Origin: Octopus vulgaris
Taxonomy: Eukaryota
Direction: 5' to 3'
DNA length: 64,000 nucleotides
Assembly (NCBI GenBank): GCA_951406725.2
Contig: OX597815.1
Location: 53,940,001 to 54,004,000 of the forward strand
Of the stretch, positions 43,548 through 57,627 are shown piece by piece; position 1 is the first letter of the stretch, and every line of letters starts with the position of its first letter. The notes below the pieces were generated by a model. The model saw nothing but the letters and a program-made list of their open reading frames with translations. It did no database searches and had not been told where the DNA came from. Both the position numbers and the translations under genes were made by a program.

Positions 43548-43959
43548 TACATAGATATACACATATACTATGGATATACGTACATATATATATGTATATA
43601 TATATTATGTAATATATAACGTATGGTATATATGATACATATATGTGTGTGTGTGTGCGTGTGAGCATGCGACTGCGTACGTGCGTGTATGCGTGTGCAA
43701 TATACAATATATGATGTACATGATGTATATGGGACAAATATCTGATTTAGATCTCAATACAAAGGAATGAGTGGATTATGATCAAACACGCCAACCTAGT
43801 TACCTGTAATGCCCGCCACCAATCTCACACAGAGCGCGTTGGTTCGTTATATTTTATGATCAGTCATGATAAGCCAAAGGCAAAATTCAAAGAGATAAAT
43901 TTTCCCCCTACCTAATAAAAGAATGTACGTATACACACACACACACACACACACGCACG

Positions 43960-44000
<41 letters not shown>

Positions 44001-44792
44001 TGACAGAGAGACGGATATTATATTTATGTGTGTGGAAGTGGAGTATACACGATCTTCTCTCACTGTGTATCTGTTCAGCACATACTGTGATTTTGCACTT
44101 AAGATTAATACTATGATTGAACAACCACTAATAAATGCAGCCTTATTTGTTAGTTTCATGCAATGTACGCGTGCTCAGTGATCAGGCAATATTTACTCAC
44201 ATTTTGTTAGCACAGCTCTGCAACTATTACAGTTTTAACTATGACAGTTTTGATCACTATGCCAACAAATTTTGCTTGAAACTCGGCAAATCTGTACCCG
44301 AAATCCTCAGTGTACTTTTAATCTTTCGTATTGATGTTGAACATGCGTTTTTAGTACAGCTCAAATGCTAGCTTTGTTTGACACTATTTCAAAGAGAACA
44401 ACAGAAAGGAAAGCGAATAAAATAGATAGAAAAGAAAAATTAAAGAAAAGATTTTCTAGGTAGCAATGAGGAAAGATCCGTAAAGTTGTCACCAGAACCT
44501 TCGCTGAACAATCCACCAGTTAATATATATATGGATGTATGCACAAACACACACGCAGACGCACAAAAACACACGCAAACACACACATACGCACACAAAT
44601 TCAGATACGCACTCACACACACACTCGCGCACACACACACACACACACACATAGTATCGACAAATACATGCATACATATCTACAGATATATGTATGGCTG
44701 AATTGGTATATATGTGTGCGCGCGCGCGTATTTGTAAATAACACATCTCTGTATGTATATATGTGCAAGCATGTGTGTGTGTACATACATAC

Positions 44793-44823
<31 letters not shown>

Positions 44824-44850
44824 CACAGAAAGAGAGACAGAGACAGAGAT

Positions 44851-44881
<31 letters not shown>

Positions 44882-44884
44882 TAA

Positions 44885-44962
<78 letters not shown>

Positions 44963-45399
44963 TACTTTGATTGTTAGATAGATATGCATGTACATCTATG
45001 AATTAGCAAGTGCAACACAGAAAATCCAAGAAATTGTTAGAAATTCTAGAATAAGAGAAATAGCATAAAAATTATAAATAAAAATAATTTTCCATGGTAC
45101 AAATAAATGTGATGCTATAGTGTCCTTTCGTAAATCCTATTTACTTTAGCTTTTAATCCATGTATTCAATTCATACAAAGTACATCATCATTTGCTTTAT
45201 TGTGAATAGCTGGTGCATAGACGAAATGGTTCAACAGTCGAGGTGGCACATAATCGGTTACAAATACATATTTAATCTCACACGCTCACACACACATACA
45301 CAAACAAACAAACACACACACACACTCATACACATGTGCATACACATGTACATATGTATGTGTGGAGAGAGAGAGGGGGGCGAATATATATTCCCCCAC

Positions 45400-47290
45400 T
45401 CATGAATGCTATAAGGCCTTCAACATGCTAACTTTCCACAGAGCATTATCAAAGCCACAGCTCACTTGGCTTCATCTCTAGCCTCTATCTTGAAGTTAAA
45501 TACAAGGAATGATTGTAATTTCATTGTTAAATACGATATCGCAGAGATATTCCAAGGGGTCCGTCTCTCTCTAATGCCAGTCATATTTTTATCAGACCCC
45601 CCACCCCCCCACCCTGCCAGTTATGTTGAGAAAGTCTGAAGAATATCTCATTGGTTCACAGGGAGAAAGAAATATCAAAATCATACACTACTTATTTGTG
45701 GATGACTTGAAGCTATGATACGCATAATATATTTTTTTAAAAGCCTGATTTGGTTGCAACTTTCTCAAAGAATATAGGAATGGTGTTTGGTCAAGATAAA
45801 TGTTCCTATATGATTGTGAAATGAAGGGAAAATGTAAACCAGGCTAGAAGCACCAACCATCAATGATTTTACTTTTATCTCGATAAGTGTTGTGGAATAC
45901 TACAGGTATTAACCGATAGAACGTGATGTTGTGGCCATGAACCTGTACAGTGCGATCCATCAGAAGAATAAATGCTGAGACTAAAGGCATAAGAGCCTAA
46001 ACGTAGTGTAGATACCATAACCACTTATGAAAGGAAAGTCCCTGTGAAAACCTCAATAAAACGTAAATGACAAATGAGGCATAGTGATTTGGGACAGAAA
46101 AGAAAAACTCTGAATTAGTTGAAGTCAGTTGCCCACTCGATGCCACCATAAAGCTAAATATTAGCGAAAAATAAAAGCCTATGCTGAAGTACCGAGACAT
46201 TTAAAGATATTCCACCAGGACTACAAGTTTAGATTTATACACATAATTAATGAACATTTGGATATGTAACCAAGTGCTTCAGCACCAATGTTGAGACTAT
46301 AGGGTTCTCAAAACCAGAAAGTGGGAAACTAATTAGAATACTACAGATACAAGCCATCAAAATATGTATATCTTAACAAAAGTTTGGTATATAAGTATGT
46401 ATACACATGCCTAGTCATGCAATTATATATGTGAGACATATACAAGAAAACTAAACATATTGATCTGCACTGAATACTGACTAACGGCAAATACTTGCTC
46501 ATATACACACATTTATTCACAACTGCCCTGTTTATGTTGAAATTCTATTGAAGACTAGGATGTTTATTAGAAATCTGCTCTTTCTTCATAGGTAAGAAAT
46601 CTATAAATAAGATTAAATAATAGTATACATACATAGAGGAATGCATACATACATGCACGAATCCATATATACATACAGATATGCATACATACAAACATGA
46701 ATACATATACACATACGTACACACACACATACACACGCGCACACATACATAATACACACATACATATGTGTCTAGATTACGTCACATTTTTGTGGAAGAC
46801 ATCCCACATGTGATTAGTAGCAGCCAAAGAATGTCATCAAGGTACTACCTTCTTACGTGACACAACGTTGTCGCTAAAATAAAATGCAAGTCATCCAACA
46901 AACAACTGTTCGAGAGTAAATAAACAGACACCCTGTTATTAAATACATACATAAACATCAATACAAGAATGATGGTGGAATATCTTCATCAAACCTTCTA
47001 TCAACTGGAACATCCCCATCAGGCAGGATATTGTTGTTTAGGAAAGAAAATTAAAAGTATGTATCGTCAGAGATCAGCTGCGCTGCTGATGTGAATGTGC
47101 TTCGAAAATCAAAGAGAAAGAGGATAACTACGAACAACAACTACGAAACATGCAACTTTTTTATATCCAGGTTATAAATTCACATTTATACCAATAATAA
47201 TTGATGCACTTCGTTTTGTGAATAAATGCCTAAGTGACAATCTGGAACTAAGAAAAGAAGGTATCCATCTAATTCGCATATTACAAATAC
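45400..47290 (+). mobile_element. Degenerate R4/Dong-like LINE (RT, Zn knuckle and RLE endonuclease remnants), interrupted
   Basis: IFQG, IIHYLFVDDLKL, FSKNIGMVFGQDKC (45545-45805); FVEDIPHVISS, HNVVAK, RQDIVV, EISCAADVNV, KIKEKEDNY, IPIIIDAL (46770-47220). Confidence 0.75.
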
Positions 47291-47294
47291 AATC

Positions 47295-47936
47295 TGTCTT
47301 AGCAAATAGAGCAATATCCTCTGTATACCTGAGATTAGAAATGTGCAAGCCATATATTTTGATGCCATCTTCTTCCTGTATTGCATTTCGCACTATCCAC
47401 TCTATATAGTTGTTAAACAACGTTGGAGAAAGAATACTATCACGACGAACTTCTTTCCCATTTTAAACAGTTTCTGCGATCTCATTATTTACACGAATGC
47501 ATAACTCTTACTGAAAGTAAAGCTGTTTGATAAGTAAAACGTGTTGCAGAACGCCGATATTAAATATGATTGCTATATGTGGTCATAGTTTGCACTATCA
47601 AAGGACTTTATGTATTCAAAGTAGCAATGGAAAATTGTTAGGACAAATAAATGTGTTACAAGTAGGTGAAAGATGGCAACTTATGAACATTGTAAAAAAA
47701 CAAAAGTTCATCTGTTCTGGCTATATTCGAAGAAGCAGTGGTCTAGAAATCATTATAATTGAAGGAAGAGTAGAGGGTAGTAGATCAAGAGACAGATAAA
47801 TAATGCAGTGGATGGACAATATCACGAGCTGGTTCAACAAGAGTGACAAGGCAGATGGAGGAGTCGAGTTTAATCGGGAAAACTTTCATTTTAGTGTCAA
47901 ACAATGCACCACAGGTTTACTATACATGACGACGAC
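47295..47936. mobile_element. RTE LINE fragment with an inverted 5' portion
   Basis: 47295-47530 minus: VRRDSILSPTLFNNYIE..ISNLRYTEDIAL. 47531-47936 plus: GYIRRSSGLE..IIEGRVEGSRSR..WMDNI, with a (gac)n tail. Confidence 0.75.
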
Positions 47937-48128
47937 AAAGTGGGACAGTAAAACTATGTACGACTTTTCTCAAGTTTAAAATGTGAACTTTTGTTATCTA
48001 CAATCCAATGATGGGGCTTCGCATCTTTCTTAGAAACCAGCTCATTCTCTAAAGGAAGATTTCAAATGCTTTAAAGTAGAGAAGAACACACACACACACA
48101 CACATACATACATATATATATACACACA

Positions 48129-48196
<68 letters not shown>

Positions 48197-48197
<1 letters not shown>

Positions 48198-48233
48198 GAG
48201 GCGCAATGGCCCAGTGGTTAGGGCAGCGGACTC

Positions 48234-48234
<1 letters not shown>
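48197..48234 (+). mobile_element. tRNA-like SINE head fragment between (TA)n and (TG)n
   Basis: ggaggcgcaatggcccagtggttagggcagcggactcg with A-box tggcccagtgg. Confidence 0.6.
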
Positions 48235-48264
<30 letters not shown>

Positions 48265-49022
48265 CGCGCGTGCTTGTACATGTGTATTTGAATGCGTAGT
48301 TGATTTCATATTGGAAAATTTGCATGCCACACTTGTTTTGTTAGTCACGACTTTTTTTAATTGTAAAAATTATATTTAATTTTGTTTCTGGGAATTATTG
48401 AATAAACAAATTTGTGCTGTTACGGGAGACAACATACATCTCGGCAGGTTGAAAACACAGACATACACTCACATGTACACTTATGTACATACGCTCAAAG
48501 TGCACGCATTGAAATATACACGTTGTTCATAATTAATGTCTACAAAGATTATATGTATTGAATTATTCATAGATAGTTATCTATATAATCAATATTAACT
48601 AGCTTACAACTAACCTCCGATTCAAATAATACTATATTGTGTTTATGAGACAGAATTTAAATATTTTGCTGCATTTTAATATAATGGCTAAGGCCTTGTT
48701 TGGTATTTGTAGAAATGTTGGTCCGTGTTTTCACTCAAAATTTGTAAATTTATGTCTATATTTGAAGTCATAATAATGCCTTAAATATTATACATAGTTG
48801 TTACTAAGAAAGGAACGAAGTTCCGAAATCGGAGATTTAAAAAACATATATGCGATTCATTGACAATTTCCTAAAAAGAAAAAGAAAAATATTAATCAAT
48901 GGTAAGTTGTGAATTGTATGTGTGTGTTGTGCGCATATCAGTCTATCTCTCTATCTATGTATCTATTAATCCATCAATCTATCCACTGATCTCTTTCTAT
49001 CTATCTTTCATATATATATGAA

Positions 49023-49186
<164 letters not shown>

Positions 49187-49199
49187 AATACACATATGC

Positions 49200-49273
<74 letters not shown>

Positions 49274-49779
49274 GCATACATATATATATATATATGTATG
49301 TATATGTATATAATTTTATTTTCAGAATGAGATAAAAAACCAGGCTGTGAAGATTTTAGAACATTTATAAATAGGTCTTACAGCTGTCTCCGGGATATTT
49401 TTCTGCACCCATTCATTGGAGACGGTGTGAGAAAATGGTTAAGCAATAGTTAATTTAGGTAAGATATGAAATAGTGAGTGAAGTGGAGGAATGAAAATAG
49501 ATGTGAGATATGCAGGGATATTATATTTGTAGATCCATTATTTAGGCAGAATCGTATACATATAAGATACCAATACCTTGTGAGTAAATTTGAATCGTAT
49601 TCAAAATTGGTCATTCCAATATGTTGGACTCCTTATTCGCATAATCACTGAACCTAGAGCTTAACTATGGTCTGTCCATAGCACTTACTCAGCATTACCT
49701 GACACCTTTGGGTCTTATTGACACCATTACCTCTCATAATCTCTCTCTCTATTATATATATATATATATATATACATAT

Positions 49780-49868
<89 letters not shown>

Positions 49869-50078
49869 CATATACATTCATACATATAAGCACTGTCGAA
49901 TTTTACAATTCTGTAAATAATAATAATCGTATTTTCTAAATGCTATTATTATCATTTACAGAATTGTTAAAATCGACATTCATTAAAAAAACATTCGCAG
50001 TAAAACCACATGAAGTTTGCTTACAAAAGCAATTACGGATTAATTATAGTTCTCAAATTTTACAGAAAAAAAGCAGGT

Positions 50079-50152
50079 GGGTTCGCTAGTGTAATCGGCA
50101 GCACACTTGATCGTGCAAACAAAGAGGTGTGGGTTCGAGTACCACGCATACG
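50079..50152 (+). pseudogene. tRNA-like remnant (pseudo-tRNA or SINE head)
   Basis: A-box tagtgtaatcgg and T-arm gtgg-gttcgagta-ccac; acceptor and anticodon stems do not pair well. Confidence 0.4.
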
Positions 50153-50247
50153 GAAAACCTACTGTTTTCAGTTAAAGGTTTATATACCCCATTATTAGAC
50201 TATTTTCTTTAGTCATTGCGCGGTGATCACTTTAAGCTTATAAAATA

Positions 50248-50287
<40 letters not shown>

Positions 50288-50844
50288 CATGTTATGTTTG
50301 TTTTGCAAGATTCTTGATGTGAAATCATCCCCAAGTATAACAATATATACGTGTGGGCAGGAGAAGCTTTTTGGTAAGAAGTTTCCTTCCCAACAATATG
50401 GTTCCAGTTTCAAACAACTGTGTGGTATCTTGGGCAAGTCTATATAGGATGAGAGACAGGTTTGATGCTCACGTGGTTTGTTACAGCTATACTCGTCACT
50501 GAGCAGCCAGGGAACAAACTTTTCAAGAATCTCCTACTATAGCCCCTATAGACAAAACCTTGCGGATAGATTTGGTTAACAAAATTTGACAGATGTCTGT
50601 TGTATGTAAGTGTGCGTGTATGTGCGTGCGTGTGTGCGTGCGTTTGAGTTTGATTTTGTCCCCCACCACCGCTTGAAAATCAGAACCGGATTGTTTACTT
50701 TAGCGGTTCGGGAAAAAGACTATGAGAATAAGTAGCGGATTTTAACAAGTGAAACCCTATGTAGTGCTATGACTGAAACCATTAAACATAAAAATTGTGT
50801 CTGCACGTATATCTATTCATGTATATATGTATTATGTATGTATA

Positions 50845-51239
50845 GGCGCAGGAGTGGCTGTGTGGTAAGTAGCTTGTTTACCAACCACATGCTACCGGGT
50901 TCAGTCCCACTGCGTGGCGCCTTGGGCAAGTGTCTTCTACTATTGCCTCGGGCCGACCAAAGCCTTGTGAGTGGATTTGGTAGACGGAAACTGAAAGAAG
51001 CCCGTCGTATATATGTATATATGTGTATATGTGTGTGTGCGTGTATGTTTGTGTTTGTTCCCCTAGCATTGCTTGACAATCTATGCTGGTGTGTTTATGT
51101 CCCCGTCACTTAGCGGTTCGGCAAAAGAGACCGATAGAATAAGTACTGGGCTTACAAAGAATAAGTCCCGGGGTCGAGTTGCTCGATTAAAGGCGGTGCT
51201 CCAGCATGGCCGCAGTCAAATGACTGAAACAAGTAAAAA

Positions 51240-51240
<1 letters not shown>
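50845..51240 (+). mobile_element. tRNA-derived SINE family A, best-preserved copy (degenerate copy just upstream, ~50352-50780)
   Basis: A-box tggctgtgtgg, B-box ggttcagtccc, ccttgggcaag central domain, internal (TA/TG)n and A-rich end; several copies in this window. Confidence 0.9.
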
Positions 51241-51292
<52 letters not shown>

Positions 51293-51533
51293 GAGTAGAT
51301 GAAACCATAGCGACTGAAGAAGGGGTTTTTTCTTTGTGTTAATTGTCCTGTACTCCATTTTGTTGTTGTTTTTAAAAAAATGTCCAGTTCCTTTGGTTTG
51401 TGTCTATGTTTTCGTTTCTCTTTGTGTTCGACGAACCTTTGGTGTCCTGTACTCATATATGCGTGTATATGTACATGTAGAGGTAGGTACGTACATATAT
51501 GTTTATATATATGCATATGTTTTATTTCATTTA

Positions 51534-51578
<45 letters not shown>

Positions 51579-52569
51579 TACATATCAAATTTCATTACGA
51601 TAAACAAGTACACGAAATGTGTGTATAAAATTGACCCGCTATTTGAAATGTTGCAGAAAACCGACGTGGTACTATCGTTTATTTTCATGGATTAATTATT
51701 CTTAAAAAATTCTCGAGCTTTTTTTTTTGTTTATGCTCAACACTAATGAAATCAACTATTTCTCATTATTTGATTGAAAAATTCCTCGGCGATCTCATCG
51801 AGAGAAAAATCGAAGATTTTTATGATCAGTAATTTATATAACCTCGTTGTTTATCAGAAACCAGTTTTCTGATGGAAGAATTCACTTTTTGGTGAAAGTA
51901 ACAGTAAACAAAGGTTTCCGAAATATACAGGTTGTGTTTAGAAATTGCTTGAAAGAATCTCACGTGCTTAAGCATACCATTTACACTTTTTCTAACAGCG
52001 AAGTATACTGGTATTTATTAGTATAAATGTGAATTTCTTATCCGTGTTGACATGTGCATTTTGAATCAGTTATCCGTAGACAATAGTTATTTCTATGTGT
52101 ATGCATGCATGTGTGCATGTACGTATGTATGTATTTACATATATATAAATGTCCTGCTTATGACTTTAAAATGCGTTCGGTAGTGTAGCAGGGTTCCGGT
52201 TCGGGAGTTCCAGACATTTGTGGAATGTGGGGCCACCCCTTAACTATTATTGTTCTCAGGTGTATTCTGACCCGGAGGAATAGCACCTGTCATGTAAGGG
52301 GCAATGGTTTAATTAGCATGCCATGAAATTGCCTCAGACAGAGGGTCACTCAAAAAACACACCAACGCTCCTGCAGCAAATGAGTCACTTCAGCTGTTTA
52401 ACTGTTCATCTAAGAGAAGATAACTCAACACAAACTTTGCATCGTGACAACTACAGTATGTATATATATATATACATACACGCACACAACCAAATATGTA
52501 TGTATATATATATGTACGCATATGTGTGTGTATGTGTGTGTGTGTGTATGTGTGTGTGTGTATGTTTCC

Positions 52570-52790
52570 TAGCTCTCCTGTCCAACTTCTTTTTTCTAAC
52601 CAGTCACCATGATTGACCGCTAAATCCAAAGTTTTTTTTTTCTCTCTGTTTATTTCCTCGTGTTCCTTTTTGTTGAAGAGTGTAGGTTCGAAACGTAAAA
52701 GACTTTCTCCACTTCCCGAGCATCAAAGTAATACACCTGCTTGTTGTTTATACACCTGTCTTCGTCATTTGTTTTTCTGTAAATTTCAAT
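52570..52790 (+). repeat. PLE pseudo-LTR-like repeat, family C
   Basis: Matches 33330-33541; ends at (TA)n. Confidence 0.8.
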
Positions 52791-54136
52791 TATATATATA
52801 TATATATACACACACAATCATATATACACGCACACACATACACACACATAGGAGGAGGAAAGAGAGTGAGAGAGAACGAAAGGAAGGTAGAACAAAAGAA
52901 AGACTGAAAGAGAGAGAGAGAGAGGGGGGAGTAAGAGAGATTTGTTGACAATTAAATAGAACAGAAGGGTTATTGTCCGTAGAGACTAACCTTCAGTAAA
53001 AGATTTGGTTTTCAGATGTAGTCACAATTCCATTAGCAAAGACAGTTAAGTGTTGTTATGTAGAACACTTCCGCGTTCATGACAGCTCTCATGTAATATA
53101 CAGAACATCAGAAAACCTTTCGCAGTCGCGGCGTGTGTTGTCTAGTGGAATTGAAGGATTTCGTAATAGAGGAAACGACAAAGTCGCAATGAAGAAACAT
53201 CTAAAATGACTAGAGGTGTGGCTATTAAGATTATTCAAATATATACAGATGTTTGAAGGTGTTTCTTGCAATTGAAGAGTTTAAAGTTATCGATTAGCCA
53301 TCTCGAACTCAAGTTCTGAGTCGTCTTTGAAATTACGGGGACACTTTTAACAAGATCATTAATGAAGAATAAATAATCATAAAGAATATGATGAGGCAAT
53401 ATTTTTACCAATTAGGTGGAGGCTCCTGTGAACTTTTTCAATGATTCTGCTTGATTATAAGAAGTTTCATTGACAATAAGATGTAGAAATAGAGGTGGAC
53501 ATCTAATTATTAATTAATTATTGCTTTAGTTGCATATTTTCTTTCATTATTTCTCAAAAATACAAATAAAATGTGATACTTTGAGCAGTTCATTTTGTTC
53601 ATTTACATACATCAAAGAATATAAATTTACAATCGAGAATGTACGTCGGAATTTCTTTCATATATTTTGATATGTATATGATAAATATATAAAGTTAATT
53701 ACTGACAGATCCTTGTTAGCTGATTTAATCTACAGTAAACAAATAATGTACATCTACCTCGCTTCAAAACAAATATATTCTTTATCCTTTTACAAGTTTC
53801 AATAATCCACTCCCACGATGCCGAATTATTGCCTTCAAAATCTTGCGTGAATTGCATAGACTTCTGCACTAGAACTAACTTGATACTTACTTTATAGATT
53901 TTTGCTTTCTAACTGCTGTATTGCGAGAAATAAAGAAGATGACAACCACAGAAATTTAAGCGTGCATAGAGGCATACACGCTAACACCCACTCACACACA
54001 CATACATACACATGTATAAAGACATTCAGCAAAACCCAACACAGTAAGGTATCCACTAACATGAAATCATAGCAGAAGAGACCCCAGTCGATCTCTCTTA
54101 CTCTCCCCCCTCTTTCTTTCTCACTCTCTCTCTCTC

Positions 54137-54206
<70 letters not shown>

Positions 54207-54211
<5 letters not shown>

Positions 54212-54750
54212 ATAGTAATGCAATACGAGAGCATTGCTTTCCAGTAAAGGATAGCCCGTGAGGGTAAAACTATACATATAAAAGTAAATAAATGGCACAA
54301 CGGAGCACCGATATTTACTGGAAAATAGCGAACGTAATAAATACGACGCTAATGTATTGCTTCACTCGTATGTACTAAAATATTGCATTACTATTTTCAT
54401 TGAAACTTCTTCACTGTTCTCGTTATGTTAACGTTTTGGCGTTCAGACGAGTGTACTGGCATATATGTGGCAACATTTGAAATATTGTCGAGGTATATGC
54501 AGCTGATGAAGATAAATCAAATATACGTTGGCAAACGTATTTTGAAGAATCTGAAACCGGTACTGCATTATCCGTTTCTAGGTTTTTCATTTTTCAGATG
54601 TTCTTCCTAGAGGTAAGACAATTCTTTTCATGTTTGTTGCACACACGCATCTTTACTAGTACATACGCAGTGAAGCTATACATTAGCGTCGTATTTATTA
54701 CGTTCGCTATTTTCCAGTAAATATCGGTGCTTCGTTGTGCCATTTGTTTA

Positions 54751-54752
<2 letters not shown>
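54207..54752 (+). mobile_element. Hammerhead-bearing inverted-repeat element between (TA)n tracts
   Basis: 84-bp inverted arms 54283-54366 / 54669-54752, a second short inversion (tgaaaatagtaatgcaata / tattgcattactattttca) and an internal hammerhead. Confidence 0.8.
54497..54568 (+). ncRNA. Type I hammerhead ribozyme
   Basis: Stem I AUGCAG/CUGCAU; CUGAUGA; stem II AGAU/AUCU extended by UCAAAUAUACGUU/AACGUAUUUUGA; GAAA; palindromic stem III ACCGGU; GUA site. Confidence 0.88.
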
Positions 54753-54805
<53 letters not shown>

Positions 54806-56158
54806 CGAGTAGGGAGACGAATGGCCGTCATCTCTAGTAGGCAAACGTCCAGTACTGAAAGCAGGAAGGAACCCAGAAACAACTGGTTTTACTTTGCTGG
54901 AGTGGAAGTGGTTCGCTCGCTTGCTCACAATAAATAACGTGTAGTTATCCAGCGGGAAAATATATTTTCCCCTGGATAAAGTGTACGTCAATCTTCCGGA
55001 GTCGATAAAATATGTATCAGTTGAGCACTGGGAGCGATCTAATCGACTAGCTCCTCTCCAAATTTTCCGGCCTTGTGCCTAAATAGAAAGGATTATTGAT
55101 ATAAAGAAAGGATTATTAATGTCATTGGTGTCGTGCAAGAAAGTGTGATGATGTATACGGAGGAATATATGATTTCTGAATGTCCTGAAGACTTCTATGT
55201 CGTATTCTTGTACTAGCACTACGCATGAGATTTTGCAATGTTAAACTCCAGGTTACATTTGAAATGAAAATATTAAATTGACAAATGTATAAGTGAGAAC
55301 AAGAAACGGGTCAGATCTCATGTTTATTGATCTATCTCCTGAAATTACAGCATCACCGCAGAAATGTTTATTAGAAATTACTTTATAACACACTTTAATC
55401 AGCGGAGGTTTCAACGCGTGTCCACAAACGAAATACTTACTGAATCTTGCAGACCTCATGTAAAATTTGCAAGAGTGATAAACATCAAAAGCTAATAAAC
55501 AAAAGATTTTGGTGTATATTTTTGTTTTTGCTGTAGCTCTCGTTTCTTGTTGATGATATGGTTATGATGCTATTGAAATTATCATTTATTGTTGTTATTG
55601 TTGGTCTTCATCTGTTCTTTTTCTTCTTTCATTGTTTTTCTTCTTCTTTGTTTTACTTCTACACCTCTTCCTTCTCTTCTCCTCCTCTTCTTCTTCTTCC
55701 TCCTCCAGCTACTACTATTACTCCTACTCCTACTACACCCACTGTGACCGAATATCTAAGAAGTTTGCTTTGCAACCACGTAGTAACGACATTCCTGTCA
55801 TTGCGTGTAAATCAAGCAAGTGTCATTGTTTACTGTCTCTGAATGTTTTTCCTTATAAAAATATGTATATATGATGTATGTTTGTTTCTATTCTTAATAT
55901 CTTGAATCTTCCAGTAAAGAAAGAATTGGTTTGTAACAAAGATACAAACACTATCGTTGGAACGTAGATACGAAAAATAAATTCAAATTTTGAACTTGAC
56001 AAAAGACTTGCATATTTTTACCATTCTGCTAACAGATTTTATTTGTAATATGTGCGTTATGTGCTAGCTGGTTGAATTTTTTTCTTTTGTGTGAAAATCC
56101 TGCATTTTGCGTATTATCATCTAGGAATATCTGTGTATGTAGGTTGTTTGTGCGTGAG

Positions 56159-56221
<63 letters not shown>

Positions 56222-56298
56222 CTGTGCGTATGTGTGTGTATGTGCTTACACAACATAAATAGCATTATATTAAAATAGCCACCTATGAGTTATATTTG

Positions 56299-56347
<49 letters not shown>

Positions 56348-56498
56348 TTATATGTATATATATATATATAAGTAGGTACTGTAAATTTAGGGGGAATACT
56401 TGATAAGTGTAAGCACCTCAATATGCCAGATAGTGGCAGAGGTGAGAGAGAATATATCAAATATTTTATTTTATTTTAATTTTAATTTTAATTATATT

Positions 56499-56586
<88 letters not shown>

Positions 56587-56651
56587 TGCTGAAATGCATG
56601 ATACTGTAGTTTTTATGAGAGAAATCCCCTTCACAGACCTGTTGTCTTATA

Positions 56652-56699
<48 letters not shown>

Positions 56700-57144
56700 C
56701 TTTCCGATTTGGTATGCAATATTCCTAATGTGGGTTTGGGTGTTGAAGCATATTTTGTTGTGTGTGGGGAGAGTTATTCTCTTTTAGTGCCTTATTATTT
56801 AACACACTCACCGGTAAAGCTTCCACCCTTTTTCTTATTACATGTGCGCATACACATGTATGTATATATATATATGTATGAATATATGCATGCATGTAAG
56901 TGTGTGTATGCATGTATGTTCGTGTGCGTGTGTATGTATATGGTGATGTGTTTCATTCTTCATTTGCGTATATGTGTGTGTGCTTGTCTGTTCATATTAC
57001 CTGTGTACCTTGACGTCTGTAAATCTATCCGTTTACATCCATATCCATTTACCTACATACATGTGCATATATATATATATACGTATACACACACACACAC
57101 ATACATGCATCTACATAACAGCCCACTAACTTTTCTGTCTCTAT

Positions 57145-57190
<46 letters not shown>

Positions 57191-57317
57191 GAAATATGTT
57201 ATGAAAAGGAAATATAAAATATAAAATACACGTGGAAAAGTAAGGGTAAAAAATGAAAAATCAACGAAAATGCACATTGCAAATAAAAGAAGGCTATTTA
57301 TGACAGGTAACGACAAA

Positions 57318-57409
57318 TATTGATTCACCACATCGAAAGATACCAGTAGTGTTCGGTCCTTTACTGTCTTCGGGAGGTGGTTCAGCATGTCTAGGTCATC
57401 CCTAATATA
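57318..57409 (-). mobile_element. Short PLE RT fragment
   Basis: YIRDDLDMLNHLPKTVKDRTLLVSFDVVNQY (PLE RT motif A region). Confidence 0.65.
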
Positions 57410-57525
57410 GATATATGCCAAGGACCCTTTCCACATTAGGCCGGGATTACCTATTGGCCAGGAGATTGGATTTTCGCCTTGTGAACTGTTTTTTTTTTTC
57501 CCGTTTATCCTTCATTTTTTACCCC

Positions 57526-57598
<73 letters not shown>

Positions 57599-57627
57599 AT
57601 CTATATACTTACATACATACATACATA

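Noticed and set aside
54848-54978. ccagta-ctgaaag...gaaac-aactgg hammerhead-like motif and a 35-bp palindrome
   Set aside because: Core is non-canonical and stem III with the cleavage triplet is missing.
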